From an uncultured Phycisphaerales bacterium (GTDB lineage: Bacteria; Planctomycetota; Phycisphaerae; Tepidisphaerales; Tepidisphaeraceae), in NCBI GenBank assembly GCA_963844715.1, contig CAWJPJ010000001.1:1-64000 (forward strand): 64,000 bases of DNA, in the 5' to 3' direction. The translations under genes were made by a program, and so were the position numbers. Below, piece by piece: positions 36,099 through 47,407 of this stretch. The notes beneath the pieces are model-generated. The model was given only the letters and a program-made list of their open reading frames with translations. It was not told where the DNA came from and did no database searches. Position 1 is the first letter of the stretch. Each line of letters begins with the position of its first letter.

Positions 36099-36635
36099 AT
36101 GTCAGAACCAGTTCCCGATCGTCGGCACTTTCTCTCCGGTTGCACGGCCGGTCTCATGGCCCTTCTTGGTGGCTTGATTTTCGCGCCGGCGGTGGCATTC
36201 GTGACCACTCCTTTATGGCGCCGACGTGGGGCCAGCGCGGTTGGCGATGATTTCTCCGATGCTGGCGCGGTTGATTCAATCCCCGTCGGAAGATGGACGC
36301 TGCTTTCCATTGAGATCGTACGACAAGATGGTTGGGCCAAGACCCGGCAGGCTCGATCCGTCTGGGTTCTTGTTAACGGTACCGGTCCTGACGACGTCAA
36401 AGTTCTCTCGCCAATCTGTCCCCATCTGGGCTGTCCGATCGCGTGGTTGGCGGCGGAATCAGAATTCCTCTGTCCCTGTCACGGCAGCATCTTTAGTAAG
36501 GCTGGAAGTTGCGTCAGCGGGCCGTCCCCGCGAGCAATGGACGCCTTGGAGTCCCAGATTAGCCATGGACACCTGTGGGTGCGTTGGCAGGACTTCCGCA
36601 CCGGCGAGCATGAACGAATCACCGTGCAACTGTAA
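36099..36635 (+). CDS. Rieske [2Fe-2S] subunit of a bc complex
   Basis: Tat-like DRRHFL plus TM; CPHLGC and CPCHGS; 'GPSPRAMD'. Confidence 0.95.
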   Translation: MSEPVPDRRHFLSGCTAGLMALLGGLIFAPAVAFVTTPLWRRRGASAVGDDFSDAGAVDSIPVGRWTLLSIEIVRQDGWAKTRQARSVWVLVNGTGPDDVKVLSPICPHLGCPIAWLAAESEFLCPCHGSIFSKAGSCVSGPSPRAMDALESQISHGHLWVRWQDFRTGEHERITVQL

Positions 36636-36673
36636 AGACGGCCGGGAAAGGCCTCGCAATAGAAAGCGCCGCA

Positions 36674-38088
36674 ATGCCGAATACTTCCCAGAAGGAGACA
36701 AAGACGCTTTCCGGGACGGGTTTCCTCGGTTCCCGCACGGGTTGGCGGGAATTGCGAAAGCGCATGCTGCTTGAGCCAGTCAAGGGCGGATCGCGATGGA
36801 CCGCCGCGTTCGGCAGTCTGCTGTTGTTCATGTTCGTCCTTCAAGTCGTGACCGGCGTCCTGTTGACCACCTGTTACGCACCGTCTGTCGGCACGGCATG
36901 GGAGAGCGTGAAATATATCCAGGAGGAAAGCGCCCCTGGGCTGGTTCATCCGTGGCATGCACCACTGGGGTTCCAGCGCGATGGTCATCCTGTTGCTGTT
37001 CCACCTGGTGCAGGTGTATATTTGGGGCGCCTATAAGCGTCCTCGCGAATTGACGTGGATGACGGGTGTGCTTTTGCTGTTTGCGACGCTCGGCGCTCGC
37101 GTTCACCGGCTATTTGTTGCCGTGGGATGAAAAGGCCTATTGGGCGAGCAAGGTCGGGCTGGGGATCGTCGGCACCGTTCCGGTCATCGGTTATCGCCTC
37201 AGACTCCTCCTGCAAGGGGGTCCGGACATGGGCAACCTCACCCTGACCCGGTTCTTCGCTTTGCATGGTTTCGTTCTCCCCGGCACAGTCATCGCGTTGG
37301 TTGTTGTACACCTGTACTTCTTCCGCTTGCACGGTGTCACCACGGCTTGGTGGGAAGATGAAGAACTGCTCGAAAGCAAAACCGAACCGTTCTGGCCCGG
37401 ACAGGTTTGGAAAGATGGCGTCGTCGCTCTGGGCTTGCTGCTTTTGCTCACAACATGGGTATTTATCCATCCCGCTCCACTCGGGGCCGTGGCCGATCCA
37501 TCCAAGGCTTACGAGGCGCGGCCCGAGTGGTACTTCATGTTTCTGTTTCAGATCCTGAGATACTTTCACGGTCCCTATGAGGTCATCGGGACCTTCGTTC
37601 TCCCGTCGCTTTTCTTTTGCATCCTGTTCTTTTGGCCTCTGCTGGACCGTACTTCCTCTCGCGACCCGCGGCATAGGCCATTCGCCATGACCGTGCTCGG
37701 TGTTGGCGTCGTCGGTTTGGTTGGATTGACGGTTTTCGCGATAGCAGACGACACACGGATGACCAAGCCTGAAATCGCCCTGCAGCCGCAGGTGTCGGCC
37801 GCACCTTTGCAAAAACTGGACGTCTCTGGCCTCTACGCCACGAATTGTCTGGCATGTCACGCCGTGGATGGGACGGGGAACGCGTTGCGGGTCGCGCTGC
37901 CCACGATCCCTAACTTCACAAATGCTGCCTGGCAGAAAACCCAATCGGACGAGGAATTCAGCATCCGCATCCATGACGGCAAAGTTCCAATGATGCCTGC
38001 TTTCAAGGACAAGTTCACTTCGGACCAGATTCACGCGCTAGTGGATTACGTGCGGGCGTTCGCGGGTAAGGAGCCCGCGTCAAAGTGA
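36674..38088 (+). CDS. Cytochrome b fused to a C-terminal c-type cytochrome (frameshifted)
   Basis: 'IRGMHHWGSS...HLVQ', 'GYLLPW', 'RFFALH...H', PEWY, C-terminal CLACH with 'MPAF'. Confidence 0.93.
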
Positions 38089-38136
38089 GCTTCGCGTGCT
38101 CTTGAGCACCGACTCGACATAACCTCAGGGAGTTAG

Positions 38137-38608
38137 ATGATACATATAAATCGATCTCGTGTGTTGCGGCGGTTGGTCGTCGCCGCCGGCCTCTTGTTCG
38201 TATTCATGACTGCCGCCTTTCGTATTCCAACGATGCACCGGCGGACGATTGGAAGCGCCTTCACGAGCGGCAAGGAAGCAGAATCCCGTCCCCGCTGACG
38301 CCGACGCCATCGCGGCGGGCAAGACCCTCTACGTCGGCAACTGCCTCGCCTGCCACGGCGCCGCCGGCAAGGGAGATGGCCCCGCCGCCATTGCCATTAA
38401 CCCTCCACCCAAGGATCTCGCGGATCCGAGGGTCTCCTCGGAAACCGACGGGGAACTGTTCTGGAAAATCTCCGAGGGCAAGAAACCAATGCCCGCTTTC
38501 AAGAATTCGTTGTCTGAGACTGATCGCTGGAAGGCGGTCGACTACATTCGCACACTCGCGCCGCCGCCGGCGTCCCAACCCAGCACCCAACCGGCCAGTG
38601 GCCAATAG
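38137..38608 (+). CDS. Monoheme cytochrome c (frameshifted)
   Basis: Signal peptide, 'NPVP', CLACHG..GKGDG, 'DGELFWKI..G..MPAF'. Confidence 0.9.
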
Positions 38609-38622
38609 CCATAGGAGCAATC

Positions 38623-39920
38623 ATGCACAGAGTTCTTTTCGGAATTGTTATCCTAGGTACATTCCTTCGCTCGCCTGTGTGGGGGCAGGACAACTCCACC
38701 ACACAACCGTCCGTCACCCGGCAAGAATTCGACCAGTTAAAGCAAGACAATGCCGAGATGAAACAGGAGTTGAGCGAGATTAAAAAGCAGCAGACCGACC
38801 AGACCACCAATTCCGACCAGGATGCTCAGGATAATGATAAAACCATCAAGGCGCTCAGGATCAGATCAGCAAGGCGCAGCCAGGTCTCGAAAGCCTTGTC
38901 ATCGCCGGCGACGCCGCCTTCGGTTATTCCTATGTGCGCCACTCGCCTTCCAGTTTCAACGCCGATGTCAGCCCGCTGATTCTTTGGCAGCCGACGGACA
39001 AGCGTTTGCTGGTGGAGTCAGCGTTCGATCTGGGCATCGGCGGTGCTGACATCAACTCAGAAACATCAACCCTCACCGTGAATCTTGCAGATTTATCTTA
39101 TGAGGTGTGCGATTATTGCATCGTGGGCGGCGGATTGTTTGCCGTTCCTTTCGGTCAATATCACAACCACTTTGATCCGCCCTGGGTCAACAAATTCCCG
39201 GATGATCCGCTCGCTTTCGATGCCCTCGCGCCGGAGTCTGAGGTTGGTTTTTTCGCCCGCGGAGCGATTCCATCCGGCACCACCAAGTGGACCTACGACA
39301 TTTATGCCGCCAACGGGCCGAACCTTGACACGGTGAATCCCGGCACTGCCGGGCAATTGAATTTCGATGACTTCACCGATCTGAACGACAACAAAGCGGT
39401 CGGCGGGCGCATCGGATTCCTGCCGTTCCCCGATCTTGAAACCGGCTATTCGATGCAGTTCTCCCAGCCGAATCCCCCCGGATTCCCCCGCGCCAACGCC
39501 GTCCTGCAGGCGGCTGATTTTCATTGGAAACCGGTCGTCGATGCGATTCGGGGCCAACTCGATTTCAGCGCTGAATATATCTGGTCCGATGTCAGCACGG
39601 AGACCTATGATCCAACAGGCTTGATCGGTTTCGGCCCGATCACGTTTGATAACAAGAGCCAAGGCGGATACGTCTCGGCAACCTATCGCGCGACCAAAGC
39701 CGACAACGAATTCGAGCGCAACCTCGAATTTCTCGCCCGCTGGGACAACCTGCAAATGCCTCTGAACTCGCCCGGCGGCGAGCACGAATCACGCTGGACC
39801 TTCGGCGTGGATTACTGGCTGACTCCCTACTGCGTCATCAAAACCGCCTACGAACTCGACGACAAAAAACTGGGTGACGACGCGGACTCATTCATCTTTC
39901 AAGTCGGTATTGGACTTTAA
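38623..39920 (+). CDS. Putative outer-membrane beta-barrel porin with N-terminal coiled coil (frameshifted)
   Basis: Signal peptide, coiled coil 'QLKQDNAEMKQELSEIKK', 'GLF.VPFG', 'D.NDNKAVGGRIG', amphipathic strands, terminal 'FQVGIGL'. Confidence 0.78.
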
Positions 39921-39932
39921 TTCGGAGTTCCC

Positions 39933-40273
39933 ATGTTGAAAAATAAAACATTTCCAAAATTCATCCTGGTCGTGGCCCTGGGCAGTGCCCTGGCCGGCAT
40001 GGGTCTGTACGGATGCGCCTCCAATCCAAACACGCCGGCCACTCCACTAAGCTCAGCCCCTTCAACCCGGCCCACCTTCGCCTTATTTGGTCCGCCGCCG
40101 GTGAAGTCAGGCGTGCAATTGTGGGCGGATAGCTCCATGCGCTGCCACAACGGCCGTCCGCCCGAAGAGTTCAGCGCCGCACAGTGGGAAACCATTGTTC
40201 ACCACATGCGCCTGCGCCAGACCTGACAGGCGAGGAAGAGCGGGAAATCGTCAAGTTCCTCCAAGGCCAGTAA
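39933..40273 (+). CDS. Small cytochrome c-like lipoprotein (frameshifted)
   Basis: Lipobox LYGC; 'LWADSSMRCHN...QWETIVHHM...EEREIVKFLQ'. Confidence 0.7.
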
Positions 40274-40359
40274 CTGACCATCATCCCCACCACAGGGTGC
40301 GTCCTGCCGCAAATGCACCCAGAGAATTTCGACGTTCTTCTGATCGATTCCACCGGAGG

Positions 40360-40420
40360 GTTTTTCCTGTCTTTATCGTGCGGATGTGGCGGACGTACGC
40401 CTCCACTAGCCAACCGAGAA
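40360..40420 (-). pseudogene. Short relic of a tyrosine-integrase N-terminal region
   Basis: 'LVEAYVRHIRTIKTGKT' resembles the neighbouring relic's 'IVAAYVQHIRQVKT'. Confidence 0.45.
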
Positions 40421-40829
40421 ATTGCCAACTAATTGGCCCTGTAATCTCCACCTGGCGTGTTATTCGCGCGGGTAATTTCAATTCTCGTTGTCTGAACATC
40501 AGCGATCGTGATTGGAATGATAGCACGACGGGTCAAACTGCTTTATCTCGGTACCCGAGTTACAGGCCAGCTTCGGCGGCTTCGCGTCTACAAGAAGCGG
40601 CGATAGCGTATACTGGTGGTGTGGAACGGCACGAGAACCAGCCTGGCCAATTGTGATCGGAGGTCCGTATGCCGTTCAAACAGCATGTCGCTTTTGCCGG
40701 TGAAGTTGGTCAAACCTACGGGAGATATCACTCGACCTTCCGCAGGCAGACCGGCCAAGTTTTGGCGAGCTTTTGAACAAAATGGTCGGCTCATAGCGCA
40801 CGTTTCCTTTCCCTCCGGCCTGAAAGCCG

Positions 40830-41270
40830 AAGCGGATCGTCGGCACCGGCTGCTTGTATCGCTCGACCTTCGCCGCAGGATTCTTGTCATTGGGCATGCG
40901 AGCGAAGGTTTTCTGCTCCATCGCCCAGTTCAACAGCCGCATCAAGATTTCGCGATAGCGGTTGCGGTCTTGTGGCCGCGGCCACGGCACGAACTTGCGC
41001 GGAAATCAACGTGGTGATGTCAGCGGTGCGGATCGCTTCCATGCCAGTCCGCCTCGATCACCGGCGCTCTTGGTCCGCGCAAGAGGGCTACGCCCGCCTC
41101 CTTCACCGGCTTCTTCGTCGCCTTCGCGGATGGCTTGCGGCTGTTGATTTTCAATTCATCGCAGACGGGGCGAAAATATCGCGCAGATAATAGATGTCGG
41201 TCTGGCAGTCTTCGCCGCGGTCTTGACCTGACGAATGTGCTGGACATAAGCGGCGACGATATCAGGAATG
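40830..41270 (-). pseudogene. Tyrosine-integrase core-binding domain remnant
   Basis: 'IRTADIT', 'NRYREILMRLLNWAM', 'NPAAKVERYKQPVPTIRF'; ends before any catalytic domain. Confidence 0.7.
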
Positions 41271-42066
41271 TAACAGATTGAGGCATTCCTCCTGACGCCG
41301 ATCACCGTTCCCGAGCCGACCTCGCTTACACTTTTGGGCTTTGGAATGGTCGGAATACTGGCACGGCACGGGAACGATAGCCTCAATGAGGTGTCAGATC
41401 ACTTTGGGAACGGAGTGTAAGCTTTTCAGTTAAATCGCGGTTTCGATTCTGGGCTCGGGCCTGAGAGCTGGGAATGAGACGACACGTCTTCAAACCCTGT
41501 GTTGAGGATGGGTGCCTGTCATATACGCATCGCCACCCTCACGGGCGTTAACTCGTATAGGACAGGCGTTGTTCGGCTTACTGCTGGCTTGCCCGGTAGT
41601 ACGTTGTGGCGTCCTTCTCACCGGGAAGATGGGCCCTTCGGGCACACGGCACCTCGTTTTGGATCGCTCATCAGGCACCCTCAATTGAGAAAACTCGACC
41701 CGCCATCTTCTTTGCGTCAGCCAATTCCTGCCGAGATTTTGTCCCCCGTAGACGTGGCAGACCTCTTGCTCAGAACGCTTTGTTGATTGGTTCCAGAAAC
41801 CCTCTTGTGTTCTTCCTTCCGAGTCGCTTTCGACGATCTGCGAAGATGTTTGGCGTCCAGCAGACATAATCGCAGTTGACTATTGTTTATGGGATTGATA
41901 CAGTTAACAACGTAATAAAGGAATGCAAGATAAAGGGGTGATTCAGGTGTTTCGTATCTGTAGCAATTACAATCACTTTCGGCGAATCACCTGCATTTTG
42001 GCAAGTTGGTTTGTCAGGCGTTTGGCGCTCAAGTGATTGCCGGCGTTGAACTTCAGGAGCGGTGTC

Positions 42067-43613
42067 ATGGCAAAACACGCGAATCGGTCAAAGTCGAGAG
42101 ACGGAGTTGATTCTAATCGCGTCGGGCGCATGGCGGTCGCCGAGGGCGCGAGCGGAGCGTCAGCGGGGAGATCGCCAGGCGGCTGGGGCGGGGGTTCTGG
42201 CGCATCGAAGATGCGCGCGGATCGTGCGCACCGCGGCGGGTCCAGGGGCGCGGGACCATGCCCTTCGGCAGCAATCCGCGCGCACAAAGAGGTGACGGTC
42301 AAGATGCTCTCCCGCTTCCATTCGCGCCGATCCGGCAGCGGACTTGCGCCATACCAGCTACCTTGCCCGCGACAGCGCCAGCCGGGACGGGGAGCGCGGG
42401 ACGTTCTTCGATGCGCAGGAAGAGCGCTTAGACGGTCGGTCTGTGACCAGGGAGTGGGAGGGGGATCGCCACCATTTCCGGCTCATCCTGTCACCGGAGA
42501 AGGGGTACGAGATCGCCGACATGCGCGCGCTATGTGCGCGATGTCATGCAGCGGATCGAGCGGGATGTCGGCACTAAGCTCGACTGGATCGGGATCGAGC
42601 ACCACAACACCGACAATCCGCATGCCCATATCCTGTTCCGGGGCAAAGATGACCAGGGTCAAGACCTGATCCTGCGCCGGGAGTACATCGGTCATGGCAT
42701 CCGGCAGAGGGCATCCGAGGCGGCAACGGACCTGTTGGGCGAGCGCACGGAAAGGGAGATGGAGCAGGCCCGGGAGAAGGAAGTCCAGGCGCAGCGGTTC
42801 ACTTCCCTGGACCGGACCATCGAGCGGTACATGGACGATCAGCACGTCATCGACGTGTCACCGGACGTGCAGATCGGCTGGCGAAGGTCGGATCGGCCGC
42901 TGGTGATTGGCGCTTGCAATGGCTGGAGAAGATGGGGCTGGCGGAGAAGATGCACGGAACGACATGGCAACTCGACCCCGACTTCAAGCGCCAGTTGATG
43001 GACCTGGGCGCGCACCACGACATCATCAAGCAGCTTTACGGCAGCCTGGGGAACAAGTCCATGTATGTGTCGCAGGGAGCCGATTACCCAGGCGGTGTCC
43101 GGGGAAGTGGTCGCATTGGGCCGGGTCGATGAGATCACCGACCAACGCTTTGTTGTCATCCGGGAGGAGTCAGGAACGATGCGTTATGCTCGTGTCAGGG
43201 ACGGGGAGGCGTACCAATCTTTGAGCATCGGCGACGTGGCTGAGCTTGGACGGGACGCGCAGATGCGCCGGGAGATTACCCACGAGATCGTCGAGCAGGC
43301 GGGGGCTAATGGTGGGATCTATTCCAATTCCCAGCATCGGGATCATCTATTGGACACCCGTGCCGATGGGGATGCGGCGTGGGAACAGGCGCGCGCCAAG
43401 GCAAACATGGCCGAGCAATTGGTTGAGGCCTGCGCCAGGAGGCCCGGCACTGGAATCGGCCGGACCGATGGTGGCGACTATGAAGTGGATGTCGCCGAGT
43501 TCGGGAAATTCATGGGCAAGCAGGCCGAGCGGGAGGCCGCTTCTGGCATTACCGACGTGAATAACGTCACCCTGGAACTGGAACAGGGACGGGACCTAGA
43601 CATGGATCGGTAG
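42067..43613 (+). CDS. VirD2/DUF3363-type (MOBP) relaxase (frameshifted)
   Basis: 'HTSYLARD', 'DRHHFRLILSPE', HUH motif 'HHNTDNPHAHI', 'REYIGHGIR.RA', 'RFTSLDR'. Confidence 0.9.
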
Positions 43614-43618
43614 CTTTA

Positions 43619-44111
43619 ATGGACAAGCATCCACTGACAATCCGGCTGGATGAAGCTCTGCTTAAGATCGTCAAGGCGCAGGCGGCGCAAACCCGATCGT
43701 CCCTTGGCTCGGTGGTTGTAGACGCCGCCAAGCAAGCGCTCATGCCGGAATACCGAGAGAAGCAGGAGCAAACCCTATTGCCGGGCCGTTGATCGGTGTT
43801 TCAACCGGCTGGTGAAGGTGCACGAGGACCAGCAGGCACAGCATGAGCTGGTCAAGGAAATGCTGGCGCTGTTTGTCCGCACCTACCTCCGATACACGCC
43901 ACCACTGAGGCCGGAGGACAAGGAAGTGGCATTGGCCAGCGCGGCCAGGCGGTTCGAGAGTTTCTTGGACATCCTGGCAGCCAATCGGCGTGATCGCCGA
44001 TCCGTCATGGACCCCGTTCCAAAGCAGCAAGTGGCCCCGTCAGCAGGTTCAAACGACAAACCCCAACCTGTTTCGAGCCCCCCAACATTGTTTGGGACAT
44101 CGAGATCATGA
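43619..44111 (+). CDS. CopG/RHH-family protein of the type found in conjugative-transfer regions (frameshifted)
   Basis: RHH-like 'LTIRLDEALL' and 'LALFVRTYL..TPPL...RFESFL'. Confidence 0.7.
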
Positions 44112-44468
44112 TCGGAAAATCAGACAACCTGATGATCGCCCCTCGCAGCCCGGCTGACGTTCCGCCGCTGCGGCCCAGCCTGCTCCGGGCGACAAGCCGG
44201 CCGCCATGCTCGGCCGGAGTACGGCCTGCGCGTGGCAGCACGTCTTGCAGCCCTGCGCGACGGCCGGGCCTGCGCTCGGTCCCTTCTGCTATCCGCCGTT
44301 TCTCTTCAACCCCCTTCTGGCTGCGGGGTTGAAGAGAAACTTTGTGCCTGGGGAGGGCACCGAATGCTTGTTGAAGGCGATTATCCTCGCGTAAGTTGTT
44401 AACGTTAAAAACATGGTACGCTTGGAATACATGGTTACCATGATGATCCCAGGAAGGAGCTAGACAGA

Positions 44469-44696
44469 ATGGCACGCCCCCGCATCTCCCCGGAACTTCA
44501 GACGGTACAGCGAACCTACCGGTTCAACCAGAAGCTATTTGATGACTTTGAATACGATTGCGCCAGGAATCTTGCGAATCCCAAGCACGTGCTCGAAGCG
44601 TTGATTTTGCACTGGCTGGAATCGAAGCCCGCCGTCCGTTCCGCAATCGCCGAGAAACATCATAAACGATTTGGCGTCACGCCAACCGAGGATTGA
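44469..44696 (+). CDS. Small hypothetical protein, possibly DNA-binding
   Basis: AGGAG RBS, 'MARPR' start, beta-helix-helix-like pattern. Confidence 0.6.
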   Translation: MARPRISPELQTVQRTYRFNQKLFDDFEYDCARNLANPKHVLEALILHWLESKPAVRSAIAEKHHKRFGVTPTED

Positions 44697-44817
44697 CCCA
44701 CATCGCGGCAGCATGATGGCATTGCTGGGAAACCCACGGATTCTATTTGACTTTGTTAATGACGATAATAACATTTACCGTGTTCCCGATATTCATCGGG
44801 AGTTTTCTGCAACGCCC

Positions 44818-45117
44818 ATGGCATCGACATTGGAACAACATCCTGGCGATCCAACCGTCATCGCATCCACGGTTCGTCATCGAAACGGGATACAATCTGA
44901 ATCGCTCGGCATATCAGCCGCCGAAGCCGCGGCGTTGCTCGGCGTTTCCGAATCACATTTTTACTGTCTGCACAAGACTGGCCGGCTTGGACCGTTGCCG
45001 GTGCGAATGGGCCGAGCAGTGCGGTGGTCGCGTCAGGAATTGATTGACTGGTTCAATGCCGGCAGCCCACCGCGGAATCGATGGCTGGCGAAAGGCAAAG
45101 AGCTTCGTTCTCCATGA
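44818..45117 (+). CDS. AlpA/excisionase-family HTH protein
   Basis: 'AAEAAALLGVS..HFY.L...G..P.PVRMGRAVRWSRQELIDW'. Confidence 0.85.
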   Translation: MASTLEQHPGDPTVIASTVRHRNGIQSESLGISAAEAAALLGVSESHFYCLHKTGRLGPLPVRMGRAVRWSRQELIDWFNAGSPPRNRWLAKGKELRSP

Positions 45118-45191
45118 ATTTATCGAATTTCTCTTGTGTGCTACCGATATAGGTAATATGCTGTTGTCATGGGCAGCACCGGAAAGGCTCC

Positions 45192-45527
45192 ATGCGGCTT
45201 CATTGGCGGTTTGAGTGGGATAAGAAGAAGGCCGTTCAGAACATGCGTCGGCATGGTGTTACGCTTGATGACGCGGCGGCAGTGTTGGGCCAAGAGGACG
45301 GAGATTATTATCTGATTGAGGATTACGATGACGAGCACAGCAATAAGGAAGATCGGTATTGCACGTTCGGCTCGCACCCGGAAGATCGCGGAAAAATCCT
45401 TCGAATCTCCTGGACGGATCGGACGGACGAAGAAGGGCAAGTTACCCGAATCATCAGCGCTCGCGGCGCCAACTCCCTTGAAAGGAAACTCTATGCCGAG
45501 CAAATCCAGCGGCGGAATCGTTCGTAA
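45192..45527 (+). CDS. BrnT-family toxin
   Basis: 'FEWDKKK...N..RHG', 'HS..EDR', 'RIISAR'. Confidence 0.88.
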   Translation: MRLHWRFEWDKKKAVQNMRRHGVTLDDAAAVLGQEDGDYYLIEDYDDEHSNKEDRYCTFGSHPEDRGKILRISWTDRTDEEGQVTRIISARGANSLERKLYAEQIQRRNRS

Positions 45528-45912
45528 GACAGCCGACCAGTTGCCGCCGACAACGCCGGCCGACTTGGATCGACTTCGCCGGGCGATGGAGAGGTCTGAT
45601 GCTCGGATTGACCATGACAAAGGTCCGAAACTCGGCTCCAGGCCGATTCGGCGCGACGCCAATGGCCATATTGTGAAGCCACCGCCCAGCCGTATTCGCT
45701 CGGCAATCCTGGATGAACTGGGACGCAGGGAGATGACGCGGTACAAACTTTGGAGGATCGCGCGCGAAAATTGCCCAACGCTTCCGCAATCCGCCGTCTA
45801 CGAATTCTTGCGCGGATTCCGGCAAATTGGCTTAGGGTACGTCGAAGCGTTGCTTGTCGCTTTAGATTTAAATGTGGTTGCGACGAGTGGGCATCACGCA
45901 AGGAAGGGATGA
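45493..45912 (+). CDS. Putative antitoxin with a C-terminal HTH
   Basis: Overlaps the toxin 3' end; 'DLDRLRRAM....ID' N-terminus; Xre-like 'MTRYKL...QSAVYEFLRG'. Confidence 0.65.
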   Translation: MPSKSSGGIVRKTADQLPPTTPADLDRLRRAMERSDARIDHDKGPKLGSRPIRRDANGHIVKPPPSRIRSAILDELGRREMTRYKLWRIARENCPTLPQSAVYEFLRGFRQIGLGYVEALLVALDLNVVATSGHHARKG

Positions 45913-45915
45913 ATC

Positions 45916-47300
45916 ATGAGAGTGCGGAAAGATGCCATATTGGTCGGGAGGGGAGCGGAGACTGTCGGAGAAGTGGTATGCTGTCTTCGTGGATCATTCC
46001 GAGATTTTGCGCCGCTTGCCATTGTTTGATGATCGGCGCGCAAGCGAATCATTGGCCAAGGTGATTGATCGATTGAACAGTATTCGCGGGGGCAGCGACG
46101 TGATTACGACAGAATTGGCTCGGTCGGTCGAAGCCATGCCACAGACTATTCGGGCCAAATTGGCGAAATGGGAGATTCTGTCGGCAGCCAAGGTCGCCGC
46201 AGGCAAGCCGCTGGCTGAACATTTGAACGATTGGAAAGACTCGCTATTGTCCAAAGGCGACACGGAGCATCATGCCGAGAAAACATCTGGCCGCGCTCGC
46301 CGGCTATTTAACGAATGCAAATTTAAGTTCTGGTCGGACCTCTCAGCCAGCAAGTTGCATGATGCGATTGCCGACATGCGGATCGACTATCGCAATGCCG
46401 ATGGTTCGATCGAACGGGGAATATCGGCTCAAACATCCAATTTTTACCTGCAAGCGGCCAAGCAATTCGCGCGATGGATGGTGCAAGACGGCCGGGCGAC
46501 GGAGTCCCCTTGGCTCATTTGCGAGGATTGAATGTGCGGACAGATCGGCGGCATGATCGCCGGGCGCTGTCGGCCGATGAATTGCGATGGCTATTGGACG
46601 TAACAGCCAAGGATTCGGAATCGTTATGGCATGACTGGTGAAGCGAGAGCAATTCTCTATCGGCTTGGCGGTCGAACAGGGCTGCGGGCGGGCGAACTGC
46701 GAAGCCTCACACAGATCGAGCTTTCGCGTTGAAGACGGCGAGCCGACTGTAGACCATCGCTGCCGCGTATGCGAAGAACCGCCGGGAGGATATGTCTGCT
46801 GTTAAGGCCGGCAACACGCGATCGTTCTTGGCCGCATACTTCGCGGGAAAGATGCCCCAGGCTAAGGCATTCAATGTGCCATCAGAATCGGCCATGTCGA
46901 AAATGTTCCGGGCGGATTTGGATAACGCGCGCCGGGCACTGGATCAACGCTGCCGAGACTGGCGAGATCTGCGCTAATCGCGACGCTTCGGTATTCCTCG
47001 CGTACCGCGATCACGCAAATCGCGTGGCCGATTTCCACGCCCTGCGCCATACATTCATTTCCAATTTGGCGGCTGGCGGCGTGCACCCCAAGACGGCACA
47101 GACGCTAGCCCGGCATTCGACGATCACCTTGACGATGGACCGTTATTCGCATGTCTACCGGGGTGCGTTGGCATCGGCCTTGGACGTGCTGCCGAACCTG
47201 TCGCCGGTCGTCCAGCAAACCAGGAAGACGGGCACGGGTGACGTGCCTGTTGCTGGCAAAAATCGCTTGTCACCTGACTTGTCACCTGGGTGCGAATTTC
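45916..47300 (+). CDS. Tyrosine recombinase/integrase (frameshifted; ends approximate)
   Basis: Catalytic R (GLRAGEL), K (YAKNRR), HxxR (HALRH), H (ARHS), Y (DRYSH). Confidence 0.93.
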
Positions 47301-47407
47301 GGCATAACTCGGCGGAGTCCAGTGGAGTCGAAGGCGCTGCACACGCGCGTCGAAGAATTGCTCGAAAACGCCGAGGAACTCTCGACGATCCCGAGCGAAA
47401 TTTTAAA

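Larger units (their letters stand above)
41900..47407. mobile_element. tRNA-associated integrative mobilisable element (left end undefined)
   Basis: Relaxase, RHH, excisionase, TA pair and integrase are co-oriented and end at the tRNA 3' end. Confidence 0.75.

Noticed and set aside
41975..42020. Possible eighth operator copy (TCGGCGAATCACCTG)
   Set aside because: Spacing is one base short and the downstream CYGAT box is absent.
35125..42066. att duplicate of the tRNA 3' end
   Set aside because: No copy of tgggagcacctggattcgaacc was found by eye, so the element's left boundary is not called.
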